Assembly (NCBI GenBank): GCA_026413805.1
Contig: JAOAKE010000001.1
Span: 30,199 to 94,198, forward strand
From: Candidatus Micrarchaeota archaeon
Lineage (GTDB): Archaea > Micrarchaeota > Micrarchaeia > Anstonellales > Anstonellaceae
DNA length: 64,000 nucleotides
Reading direction: 5' to 3'
The translations under genes and the position numbers were made by a program. Shown one piece after another: positions 9,646-18,522 of this stretch. The notes under the pieces were generated by a model that searched no databases, was not told the origin of the DNA, and saw only the letters and a list, made by a program, of their open reading frames with translations. How positions within the stretch are numbered: the first letter of the stretch is position 1; every line of letters starts with the position of its first letter.

Positions 9646-10656
9646 TCAGAACATCTTGGCGGCCATCTCAACCATCCTGTTTGAAAAGCCCCATTCATTG
9701 TCATACCAAGAGAGCACCTTGGCTGTTTTTCCTATTGCAATTGTAGAAAGCCCGTCTACAATTGAGCTTGCCGGGTTGTGCACTATGTCTTGGGAGACGA
9801 TTGGGTCTTCAGTGTATTCCAATATTCCCTTCATCTGGCCTTCTGCCGCCTTCTTCAAGGCAGCATTTATCTCCTCTTTTTTTGCCTCTTTTGAAAGCAC
9901 CACTGACAAGTCATTTACCGAGCCCACAGGCACTGGCACCCGAAGTGCCAACCCATCCATCTTTCCCTTCAGCTTGGGCAGCACCTCGCCAATTGCCTTG
10001 GCTGCGCCAGTGCTGGTTGGGATGATGTTGATTGCCCCTGCCCTTGCCCTCCTAAAGTCCTTGTGATTGGCGTCAAGTATCAGTTGGTCGTTGGTATAGG
10101 CATGGCAGGTGGTCATAAAGCCGCTTTCAATCCCGAAGCTGTCATCAAGCACTTTTGCAACTGGGGCAAGGCAATTAGTAGTGCATGAGCCAATTGAAAC
10201 GATATTGTGCTTCTTCTTGTCATAGGCTTGGTCATTTACTCCGATTACGACTGTTGCGTCAGCGCCGCCTGCCTTGCATGGTGCAGAGACAAGCACCTTT
10301 TTTGCACCTGCCTTTAGGTGAAGTGAGGCGCCTTCTCGGTCGGTGAAGGCCCCGGTGCATTCAAGGACCAAGTCCACGCCAAGAGCCTTCCAAGGAAGGG
10401 CTGCTGGGTCTCGCGAGGAAACCCTTTTTATCTCATAGCCATCAATGGTTATCTTGTTCTCGTCGGCAGATACCTTTCCTGAAAATCGGCCCTGAGTAGA
10501 ATCGTATTTGAAAAGATGGGCGGTTAGCTTTGGGTCATGGGTGTCGTTTATTGCCACTATGTCAAATTTTTTGCCCACGAACCCGCGCTCAAAGGCAGCG
10601 CGCACAACAAGCTTTCCAATCCGGCCAAACCCGCTCACAGCTATCTTGACTGCCAT
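9646..10656 (-). CDS. gap: glyceraldehyde-3-phosphate dehydrogenase, type I (bacterial/eukaryotic-type, phosphorylating)
   Basis: Near-complete match to type I GAPDH signatures (INGFGRIGR-like AVSGFGRIG, SCTTNCLAP catalytic Cys motif, WYDNEWGFS C-terminus); true ATG at 10656 preceded by GGAGGTG; track ORF extends 81 codons upstream spuriously. Confidence 0.9.
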   Translation of the reverse strand: MAVKIAVSGFGRIGKLVVRAAFERGFVGKKFDIVAINDTHDPKLTAHLFKYDSTQGRFSGKVSADENKITIDGYEIKRVSSRDPAALPWKALGVDLVLECTGAFTDREGASLHLKAGAKKVLVSAPCKAGGADATVVIGVNDQAYDKKKHNIVSIGSCTTNCLAPVAKVLDDSFGIESGFMTTCHAYTNDQLILDANHKDFRRARAGAINIIPTSTGAAKAIGEVLPKLKGKMDGLALRVPVPVGSVNDLSVVLSKEAKKEEINAALKKAAEGQMKGILEYTEDPIVSQDIVHNPASSIVDGLSTIAIGKTAKVLSWYDNEWGFSNRMVEMAAKMF

Positions 10657-10733
10657 AAAAACACCTCCATTGGTGTGGGAATTGGAAATGCTAAATTTAA
10701 AATCTAATAACAGGCATTTCTGCTGGTTAATTA

Positions 10734-13151
10734 ATGTTGCTGGTGAGATACTTGGCGATGGTGAAAAGAAGGGCGGTGCTTTTAGACGTAGACTATGTGG
10801 CAGGCGAGGATGGCACGCTGGTGCGCCTTCTTTTGAAGGGCAAGCGCCTCTTTCGCCTTTACGACGAATACGAGCCGTATTTTTATGCGGTTGCGCCAAA
10901 AGAGGCAGAAAAGGAAATAATGCAGGTTAAAGTCCCCTCGAGAGGGGCCTTTGCTTCGCCTTCAAAATGCGAGAGGGTGAAGCGGCTGCTTTTTGGGAAA
11001 GAAGTGGAGATTTGGAAGGTTTATTGCCGCAGGCCCTTTGACGTGCCGCACATAAGCGCAGAAGTCTCAAAAAAATACCCCGTATACGAAAACAACATCC
11101 CTTTCGGGAAGAGGTATATGATTGACAAGGGGCTTGCCCCTTTCTCGGAGATAACATATGAAAGGGAGGAAAAGCGGATAAAGAGGATAATCAAGGTAAA
11201 AGAAGGCGGATGGAACCTGCGCACCATGTCTTTTGACATTGAAACTTACAACCCGTCTGGCACGCCCCGCCCTGAAAAAGACGAAGTAATAATGATTTCA
11301 TACGATTGCGAAGGGGAGCAAAGGGTAATCAGCTCAAAAAAAATTGCAAGGGATTTTGTCATTGCATGCAAGGACGAGCGGGAGATGATAAAGAAATTTT
11401 TGGAAATTGTAAATGCAAAGGATGTTGAGGTGTTGCTTGGGTATAACAGCACGGTTTTCGACCTGCCCTACCTGAAAGAGAGGGCAGAAAAAAATGGGCT
11501 GGATTTTGCAATTGGGCGGGACGGCTCTTCTTTTAGGCTGCAAAAAAAAGGAATCCGCACTGCTGCTGAAATAACTGGCAGGATACATGTGGATTTGTAT
11601 CCTGTTGTTCGCTTTATGGGATTCATAGGGGCATTCAAGATATCAAAATACAGCCTTGAAAATGCCTACGAAGAGCTTACAGGCAAGAAAAAGCTCATGG
11701 TGGGCAAGTTGGATATTTGGAAGATGTGGGAGGATGAAAGGCACAGGGAAGAGCTTGCAGAATACTCGCGCTTTGATGCTGTTGCAACTATGGAAATTGG
11801 AAAAATATTGCTTCCGCTTATGATGGAGATGGGGCGGCTTACCCGCCTTTCGCTTTTTGATGCTGCTGGCGCCACTGCGGGGCAGCTTGTGGAGTCCCTG
11901 CTCATGCACAAGAGCTTTGAGCATGGGGCGATTATCCCCAACAAGCCTGGAGACGAGGTTGCTGCTGAAAGAGAACTTGCTCCCATCAAGGGTGCGTTTG
12001 TAAAAATCCCCCAGCCAGGAATATACGAAAACCTTGTGGTCTTTGACTTTCGCGGGCTGTATCCCTCAATAATAACCTCGCACAATATTGACCCATATAC
12101 TTTGAACCCGCCAAAAAGCGTCCCTGACTCTGACTGCTATGTTTCACCGATCGGGCACCGCTTTTTGAAAAAGCCAAGGGGGCTGATTCCCCTTGTCCTT
12201 GAGGAACTGATTAAGATGAGGGCAAAGGTGAAGGAGCAGCTGAAAAAAGCTGACAAGGACTCAAGAGAATATGAGGCATTGTATGCCAAGGCGCAGTCTC
12301 TTAAAATCCTGGCAAACTCCTACTATGGATACCTTGCCTATTCGCGCTCGCGATGGTATTCGCGAGAGTGCGCCGAATCTGTGACTGCATGGGGCAGGCA
12401 CTACATCATGGAGACTATAAGGAAGGCAGAAAGGGAAGGGTTTGAAGTCTTGTATGGAGACACTGACTCGGTATTCTTGCTGATGGGCAAAAAAACAAGG
12501 GAGGATGCACTTGCTTTCATGAAGAAGATAAATCGCGAGCTTCCTGGGGACATGGAGCTCGAGCTGGAAGGCTTCTACCCCCGAGGCGTGTTTGTGACAA
12601 AGAAAGGAGCCGAGGAATCTGGGGCAAAGAAAAAATATGCTCTTATTGGAGAGGACGGCAGGATAAAGATACGGGGCTTTGAACTGGTGAGGCGGGACTG
12701 GTCCGCCATTGCAAAGGCCACGCAGCGAAAGGTGCTTGAGGCGATCTTGAAGCACGGGAGCAAAGAGATGGCAGTGAGGGTAGTGCGGGAGATAATTGAG
12801 AGGCTGAAAAAAGGGGATGTTGCCCTTGAGGACTTAGTCATTTACACGCAGATTCGCAAAGACCCGAGAAAATATGACGTAAAGTCGCCGGAGCTTTCAG
12901 CTGCGCAAAAGGCAATGGCAAAGGGAGTGGCAATTGAAAAGGGGGCAATGGTTGGCTATGTCATCACAAAGCACGGGAACAGCATATCGGACAAGGCGCA
13001 GTTGGCGGAATTTGCCAAAGACTATGATGCAAATTATTACATCAACCACCAGGTGCTGCCTGCTGTCCTTAAAATACTAAAAGAGCTGGGCTATTCTGAA
13101 GAGGACTTGAAATTTGGAGGGGAGCAGCAAGACTTAAGCTCCTTCTTTTAG
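10734..13151 (+). CDS. polB: DNA polymerase, family B (archaeal PolB)
   Basis: Exo motifs FDIETY, YNSTVFDLPYL; polymerase motifs KILANSYYGY, YGDTDS; alternative start ATG 10758. Confidence 0.9.
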   Translation: MLLVRYLAMVKRRAVLLDVDYVAGEDGTLVRLLLKGKRLFRLYDEYEPYFYAVAPKEAEKEIMQVKVPSRGAFASPSKCERVKRLLFGKEVEIWKVYCRRPFDVPHISAEVSKKYPVYENNIPFGKRYMIDKGLAPFSEITYEREEKRIKRIIKVKEGGWNLRTMSFDIETYNPSGTPRPEKDEVIMISYDCEGEQRVISSKKIARDFVIACKDEREMIKKFLEIVNAKDVEVLLGYNSTVFDLPYLKERAEKNGLDFAIGRDGSSFRLQKKGIRTAAEITGRIHVDLYPVVRFMGFIGAFKISKYSLENAYEELTGKKKLMVGKLDIWKMWEDERHREELAEYSRFDAVATMEIGKILLPLMMEMGRLTRLSLFDAAGATAGQLVESLLMHKSFEHGAIIPNKPGDEVAAERELAPIKGAFVKIPQPGIYENLVVFDFRGLYPSIITSHNIDPYTLNPPKSVPDSDCYVSPIGHRFLKKPRGLIPLVLEELIKMRAKVKEQLKKADKDSREYEALYAKAQSLKILANSYYGYLAYSRSRWYSRECAESVTAWGRHYIMETIRKAEREGFEVLYGDTDSVFLLMGKKTREDALAFMKKINRELPGDMELELEGFYPRGVFVTKKGAEESGAKKKYALIGEDGRIKIRGFELVRRDWSAIAKATQRKVLEAILKHGSKEMAVRVVREIIERLKKGDVALEDLVIYTQIRKDPRKYDVKSPELSAAQKAMAKGVAIEKGAMVGYVITKHGNSISDKAQLAEFAKDYDANYYINHQVLPAVLKILKELGYSEEDLKFGGEQQDLSSFF

Positions 13152-13160
13152 GGGAAGAAG

Positions 13161-13709
13161 ATGCTCAAGAAGGCTGCATTTTTTGCTGCCATTGCGGCAG
13201 GCGTTTTGTTTTTGTTGCTTGTTTTGCTCAGCAGCACAGGCAAGGAAGAAAGGCTGTTTTTTGCATATGGGTCCAACCTTGACGCCAAAGTCATTCGCGC
13301 GCGGATTGGCGGGCTGGCTTCAGCAGTCCCTGCCAAGCTCCATTCATACCGCCTTGTGTTTGAGGCGCCCAATGGAAGGGAATTTGGGCTTCCCAACATA
13401 AAAGAAAGCAACAATTCATCTGTGGCTGGGGCGCTTTACGTCCTTAGCAAAGAACAGGCAGAGCGCTTGGACAAGGCAGCAGGAGTGCCGCACATTTATA
13501 GAAAGGCAAGGGTTAGGGTTTTTGCACAGGGGATTGGAGAGGTGGATGCAGAAACCTATGTGCTTGCAGGAGAGCCTTCGCCTGCCCCTCCGCTAAAATC
13601 AGTTTTTGCCTCTGCAATTGAAGGGCTGCGCCAGTTCGGATATGGCAAAAGGGAGGAAGAAGAATTGGCTTCTGCCTTATGGGAAGCTGAAAGAATGCGG
13701 GGGCGATGA
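13161..13709 (+). CDS. gamma-glutamyl cyclotransferase-like (AIG2/GGCT fold) protein with N-terminal membrane anchor
   Basis: FFAYGSNLD motif and conserved downstream Glu region; N-terminal hydrophobic segment AAFFAAIAAGVLFLLLVLL. Confidence 0.6.
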   Translation: MLKKAAFFAAIAAGVLFLLLVLLSSTGKEERLFFAYGSNLDAKVIRARIGGLASAVPAKLHSYRLVFEAPNGREFGLPNIKESNNSSVAGALYVLSKEQAERLDKAAGVPHIYRKARVRVFAQGIGEVDAETYVLAGEPSPAPPLKSVFASAIEGLRQFGYGKREEEELASALWEAERMRGR

Positions 13710-13713
13710 ATGA

Positions 13714-14607
13714 TTAGAGCTTTATGAAGTAAAGGAGTATGTCTCCGAAGGCTATGGCAACAAGCAAGCCAAGAAGAAGATGAGGAAGGAAAAATGGCAT
13801 TCCAGTATAAACCGGTACTTTCTTCACTCCTGCCTTTTTGAGAAGTTCAATTGACTTTTTTGAAAGAAGGGGCTGCAAGGCGAGCCTCTTGACAACTGCG
13901 TGGTCCATCCTTTCAAGCGCTATCACATCTTCTTCTTGAAGGGCAGATGCTGGGACAAATTCCACCATGCTGTCTTTGATTTCCTCCCTGAAAAGAGAGA
14001 AGAAAAGCAGAGCAACAAAAAGAAATGATAGTAGCCAAAGGTAAACTGGCGAGATAGAAACAGGCAGCGAAATGAGGTTAAACATAAAAAAGCAGAAGGC
14101 TGCGGTTAATAGGATAGGCCCTATTAGCCTTGTGGAATTGAAATGCACTTTGCCCTTTGCAATGCTGCTTGCAACGAAAGGAACAAACCTAAGAAGCATG
14201 TGCGCAATGAAAAAAATCCCTGTTGGGGCTATCACTGACAAAATGAATGGGTAAGGGGCGGCCGGGGCATCTGGCACGAGGATTGGTTTTGGCAGGACTG
14301 GAAGCAGGGCTGAAATAGAGGCAAGGGCATAGACGTCTGCCCCGCCAAGCTGCCCTGCCTTGTAAAGAAGGTAGGCTATGCCAAAGACAACTGCAAACAG
14401 CGCGAATCCAAGAAGAGACGCCTCCCAATCAAAAAATACAATGTTTGAAAGCAGGGCTGCTGCTGCAAACCCGTAGACCAAGGCATTCGGAACCCATTTC
14501 TTTTTGAAGACATCAAAATAGGCTGCGACGGCAGTGAATGCCACTGCCAAAAAAATGCGGATTTCAATCCCCGGAACTGACGAGGGAAGGTCCATTATGC
14601 CAAACAT
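13714..14607 (-). CDS. archaeal type IV prepilin/preflagellin peptidase (A24 family, PibD/FlaK-like)
   Basis: Polytopic membrane protein with conserved Asp motifs incl. GGADVYALASI (second catalytic Asp box). Confidence 0.7.
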   Translation of the reverse strand: MFGIMDLPSSVPGIEIRIFLAVAFTAVAAYFDVFKKKWVPNALVYGFAAAALLSNIVFFDWEASLLGFALFAVVFGIAYLLYKAGQLGGADVYALASISALLPVLPKPILVPDAPAAPYPFILSVIAPTGIFFIAHMLLRFVPFVASSIAKGKVHFNSTRLIGPILLTAAFCFFMFNLISLPVSISPVYLWLLSFLFVALLFFSLFREEIKDSMVEFVPASALQEEDVIALERMDHAVVKRLALQPLLSKKSIELLKKAGVKKVPVYTGMPFFLPHLLLGLLVAIAFGDILLYFIKL

Positions 14608-14651
14608 GAGATAAAAACGACACGAAGCTATTTAATTTAACCGAAATTGCC

Positions 14652-15782
14652 CTATATCGTTTCCAAAAAATAGTCATGTATCTTGACAACATCCAGCTCC
14701 TCGCAGCGAGCGTTGCATGACAGGGCCTGCGCTATTGAGGGCTTTGTCCTGCCATTGTCCGAGGTTATGAATTCCTTGATGTATGCCCCTGCCTCTGCAA
14801 ATATGTGCAGCCTTAGTTTTCCGTCCTTTTCACATTGGGCTGAAACCGAAAATATCCTCCTTCTTCGCTCCAAGTCTGCCCTTCTTCCAAGGACTCGGTT
14901 AGGCGTCTGTTGGAAGAGAACTGCCCCTGAAAGCGAGCTTGCCTTTTCTGCGTCTTTTTGCCCGAGCGGGCGGTCAGCAGAAACCAATGCCGAGTATTCT
15001 TTGTCAAAATGAGAGTTGCAGACTGCATCAACAAAATGTGGGCCGACAATGCGCAGGCCAACTGCCCTTACGCTTCCCTTCTTTTCAATTGCCTTTTCAA
15101 GCTCAAGCAAGTCTGCCTTTCTCTTCTTTGGCTTTTTCAGCTCTAAAACAAACGGCCTTCCGCTGCCAAGCGCCCTTACATCCACGTCTTCCCGGCCGCT
15201 TGCATGCAGTATTGCATCTTCTGCCAAAAAAAGGCGCCTCGCCTCGCTTCCGATTTCTTCCTCAACAGAAGGGTAAGATTGGCCGCTTCCTGCGCAGCTT
15301 CGGCAGCCCTTTCCGCTGCACTTGGAGCATTGCCAGCGGCTCTGGCAGTGCCTTCGTGAAAGCTTCAGATACCTGCCAAAGACAAATAAAGGGGAAGGAA
15401 TTGCACGGGCGCTGCCCTTCTCAAAGTCAAGCTCAATGGCAAGGTCAGGGAACCTCTGCCTGTTCTGCCTCCCAGCCATCTTTGAAATTAACCCAGCCGC
15501 AGAAGAATTAAGGCTGTTTTTAATGGAGGTGAATTCTCCGGGCGCAAAATAGGTGGCGACCTCTTCCTCGCGAACCAGCACTTGGGGGGGAATGTGAGTT
15601 GAAACTGAAAAGGACTCCCACTCAAGCCCTTCTGAAAGCCCAACTGCCTTTGAGCAGAGCGCCTCAAGCTGCGAAAATATGCCTTGGCATAAGAAGCATC
15701 GGCTGCTTTCCCCTGAGATAGAAATTGCATGGGATTTTGGAAAGCGGCTTGCACACCATGAACAGAGGCAAAAACCTGCCAT
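14652..15782 (-). CDS. pus10: tRNA pseudouridine synthase Pus10
   Basis: N-terminal Zn-ribbon CSWC...CFLCQGIF, catalytic-Asp motif GREDVDVRALG matching Pus10 family. Confidence 0.75.
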   Translation of the reverse strand: MAGFCLCSWCASRFPKSHAISISGESSRCFLCQGIFSQLEALCSKAVGLSEGLEWESFSVSTHIPPQVLVREEEVATYFAPGEFTSIKNSLNSSAAGLISKMAGRQNRQRFPDLAIELDFEKGSARAIPSPLFVFGRYLKLSRRHCQSRWQCSKCSGKGCRSCAGSGQSYPSVEEEIGSEARRLFLAEDAILHASGREDVDVRALGSGRPFVLELKKPKKRKADLLELEKAIEKKGSVRAVGLRIVGPHFVDAVCNSHFDKEYSALVSADRPLGQKDAEKASSLSGAVLFQQTPNRVLGRRADLERRRRIFSVSAQCEKDGKLRLHIFAEAGAYIKEFITSDNGRTKPSIAQALSCNARCEELDVVKIHDYFLETI

Positions 15783-15869
15783 GGTGCAAAGAATTTGAAA
15801 GAGTATTTAAATATTGCATGAAAATTGCTTTTCAAGGCTTGGGGAAAGAGCGAAAGGATTAAAAGGGCG

Positions 15870-15892
15870 TTGGTTAAATAAATAATGGTAAA
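15870..15892 (+). promoter_or_regulatory. candidate TATA/BRE region for the triple-HTH gene (GGTTAAATAAATAATGG)
   Basis: AT-rich TATA-like element ~45 nt upstream of ATG 15931, with GGTGGG RBS at -10. Confidence 0.25.
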
Positions 15893-15930
15893 AAATGTAT
15901 TTTTGGATAAATCCCTGGCAGGTGGGTTAA

Positions 15931-16668
15931 ATGCCGCGTGGAAAGAGAATCGTGATTGAAAAGGTGATTAAAGACCCGGTTATAGCTAGGCTCAAGTCGC
16001 TCAAGCTCTCTGAGCTGAAGAGCAAAAGAGCGTCTGTTGAGAAAGAATTGCACGAGAGCATAGCCAACATAGTGAGCACTGCCAAGGAGCTTTATGCCAA
16101 GGAAAAGCTTGAAAAGGAAAAAAGAAGGGGGCTTGGGTTGCTGACGCTTGAGGAGGCGTATGAAGAGCTGAAGAAAGGCGGCATAGACATCTCGTTCAGG
16201 GCATTCGGCGGGAGGGTGGAAAGGCGCTCCATCTACTCTGAAAAAATCGGGAGCAAGAGGCTCATCCCGCTTCCAGTAATACAAGACTGGATTGCTCTTT
16301 CGAAAGAGTATTATACGGTGAAGCAGGCATATAATGAGCTCAAAAAATATGAGGACATCAACCTAAGGGCATTTATAGGCAGGATTGAAAAAAATTCTAT
16401 TCCTTCTCTTAAAATTGGGACGCAGAGGTGGGTCCCAAAAAGCGCAATTGAGGGCTTGACCCATATTTGCAAAAATTATTACGACGTAGGCGAAGCGGTT
16501 GCTGAAATGACAAAGCGGGGAATCAAGATAAAGAGAAATGCTTTTGAAAGAAGGCTGGACAGGAACAGAATCCCGCATGAGAAAATAGGAGGAAGGCGGG
16601 TAATTGCAAAAGAAGTGCTTGAGGAGCTCATAGAAAAGGAGCTCGCCCTTTCAAAAGCAAAAATATAA
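15931..16668 (+). CDS. DNA-binding protein with three tandem excisionase/MerR-type HTH (HTH_17-like) modules and N-terminal coiled coil
   Basis: Three ~55-aa repeats each with pattern T-x-x-EA-x-x-L...IP-x-x-KIG-x-x-R-[WVI]-x-K (e.g. IPSLKIGTQRWVPKSAIEGL; IPHEKIGGRRVIAKEVLEEL); ATG with GGTGGG RBS. Confidence 0.55.
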   Translation: MPRGKRIVIEKVIKDPVIARLKSLKLSELKSKRASVEKELHESIANIVSTAKELYAKEKLEKEKRRGLGLLTLEEAYEELKKGGIDISFRAFGGRVERRSIYSEKIGSKRLIPLPVIQDWIALSKEYYTVKQAYNELKKYEDINLRAFIGRIEKNSIPSLKIGTQRWVPKSAIEGLTHICKNYYDVGEAVAEMTKRGIKIKRNAFERRLDRNRIPHEKIGGRRVIAKEVLEELIEKELALSKAKI

Positions 16669-16675
16669 TGGGCAG

Positions 16676-18001
16676 TTAGCCCCCTATTTTTTTCAAGTCA
16701 AGCCCAGAGCCTTGGAGCATCTTTTCTATCCGCTTTCGCATCCCTCGGTTCTTTTTAACTTGGTTGAACAGGTTGTTGACCCTTTCAAATTGTGCAAGCA
16801 GCTCTCGTACCTCTGCCTCGGATGTGCCAGAGCCCCTTGCCACCCTCTCTATCCTTGATTTCTGCTTGCGAAAAAGGGAGGCGTCCTCGCGCTCTTGCGG
16901 AGTCATTGAGTTTATTATGCTTTCAAATTTCTTGAGCTTCTCCTCGCTTGTCCTTACCACTTCTTGTGGCATGTCAGCTGCGCCGAGCATTGAAAAAACT
17001 GAGGAGAGCGGGCCGAGCTTTTTTGCCGCCTTAAGCTGCTCATAAAAAACCCTCAAGGTAAGCTTTTCCTCGGCTGTTTCAGGCAGCTTTTCCTCTTCTG
17101 CTATCTTCTTTACTTTTTCAATCAATGTGCCAATGTCTGGAAACCCAAGCAGCCTGCCAACAAACTTTTGCGAGTCAAATGGCTCAAGCGCGTCCATCTT
17201 TTCTCCAGTGCCAATGAATGCCACCTTTGCCTTTGAGGCTGCAACTGCAGAGAGCGCGCCGCCTCCCTTCCCGCTTCCGTCCATCTTCGTTATTATTACT
17301 CCTGAAAGCCCAACTGCCTGGTGGAACTGCTCTGCTTGCTTTCCAGCAATCTGCCCGATGTCTGCTGAAATGACAAGGAACTTTTCGTCTGGGAGAAATT
17401 CTTTGTTGATCTCTTTTAGCTGCTCTACAAGAGGCTCTTCAAATGCGCTCCTGCCAGAAGAATCGCAAATTATTATGTCTTCTTTCCAGCGCCTGCTCGC
17501 CTCTGCGATGATTCTTTTCACGTCCCTTTCCCCTTTTATCCCGTAAAAGGCCGCCCCTGACTGCCGTGCCACCTGCTCTAGCTGCTCATAGGCAGCTGGC
17601 CTGTCAACATCGCAGGAAACCATCGCAACTGAAAGGCCGCGAGATTTGTAAAAGTGGGCAAGCTTGCCTGCGGTTGTGGTCTTGCCGCTTCCATACAGCC
17701 CAAGGAGAAGAATTTTGTGGGGCTTTAGCGAGGGCTCGTATTTTTCGCCCATCAGCAAGGAAAGCTCTTCATAGACCACTTTTACGACATGCTCGCGCAA
17801 CGACAGGCCTTTTGCAAGCTTGGAGTCAAGAGCACGGCTTTCAATCTTTTTTGTCAGTTCAAAGACAAGCTTGACATTCACATCTGAGGAAATCAGGACG
17901 CGCTGGAGCTCGCGGCACAGCGATTTTACTGCCTTTTCATCAGCAATCGGCGCTCCTGTGAATTTTGCCAGTGCTGCCCTAAGGCTCCTTCCCAAGTCCA
18001 T
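16676..18001 (-). CDS. srp54: signal recognition particle protein SRP54
   Basis: GLYGSGKTTTAGKLA Walker A, DSSGR, M-domain Met-rich C-terminus. Confidence 0.9.
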   Translation of the reverse strand: MDLGRSLRAALAKFTGAPIADEKAVKSLCRELQRVLISSDVNVKLVFELTKKIESRALDSKLAKGLSLREHVVKVVYEELSLLMGEKYEPSLKPHKILLLGLYGSGKTTTAGKLAHFYKSRGLSVAMVSCDVDRPAAYEQLEQVARQSGAAFYGIKGERDVKRIIAEASRRWKEDIIICDSSGRSAFEEPLVEQLKEINKEFLPDEKFLVISADIGQIAGKQAEQFHQAVGLSGVIITKMDGSGKGGGALSAVAASKAKVAFIGTGEKMDALEPFDSQKFVGRLLGFPDIGTLIEKVKKIAEEEKLPETAEEKLTLRVFYEQLKAAKKLGPLSSVFSMLGAADMPQEVVRTSEEKLKKFESIINSMTPQEREDASLFRKQKSRIERVARGSGTSEAEVRELLAQFERVNNLFNQVKKNRGMRKRIEKMLQGSGLDLKKIGG

Positions 18002-18165
18002 GGCTAACCAACCGACGCAAGAAGATGAACAAAAGAATATTAATGTGCAGCGGTTGGGCGCCAGCCGCCATTGGCCCGACGGAGATATCTTTATAAATTA
18101 TGCCGACGAAGAGAACGACGGGAAGGTGAATGGCCCGACCGCATGACTATTTTGGAGGTGTATAG

Positions 18166-18381
18166 ATGGGACAGAAGATTGGAAATGAAAAAATAAAGCG
18201 CGAAGACGGCTACCTATACTACATCGGAAAGGACGGGTATGTATGGGCAGCCCCAATGAAGCACAACAAGGGCGGCCGAAAGAAAAGAGTAGGCACTGAG
18301 AAGATTGAAAAGCAGGATGGCTACATGTATTACGTCGGAAAGGACGGATATGTGTGGAAGTCCAAGATGAAGAATGCTTGA
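18166..18381 (+). CDS. small (71 aa) basic protein made of two tandem repeats (EKIx[KR]xDGY[LM]YY[IV]GKDGYVW), hypothetical
   Basis: Internal duplication visible in translation; strong RBS GGAGGTG 7 nt upstream of ATG; no Cys/His. Confidence 0.5.
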   Translation: MGQKIGNEKIKREDGYLYYIGKDGYVWAAPMKHNKGGRKKRVGTEKIEKQDGYMYYVGKDGYVWKSKMKNA

Positions 18382-18522
18382 ATGCCTGGATTTTTCCTGA
18401 AAATTTCGGCGGGGCGCATGCCTCGCCATTTTATCTTTTTTATCCCTGCGCTTTTTCTTCTTTTGATTTGGCCCCATCTGCTGTGCGATAGAAATTAAAA
18501 GCCCAAGTGCGCTTCTTCCATC

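Noticed and set aside
9646-10899. 417-aa version of the gap ORF from the track
   Set aside because: First 81 codons have no homology and precede the canonical GAPDH N-terminus; true ATG at 10656 with GGAGGTG RBS
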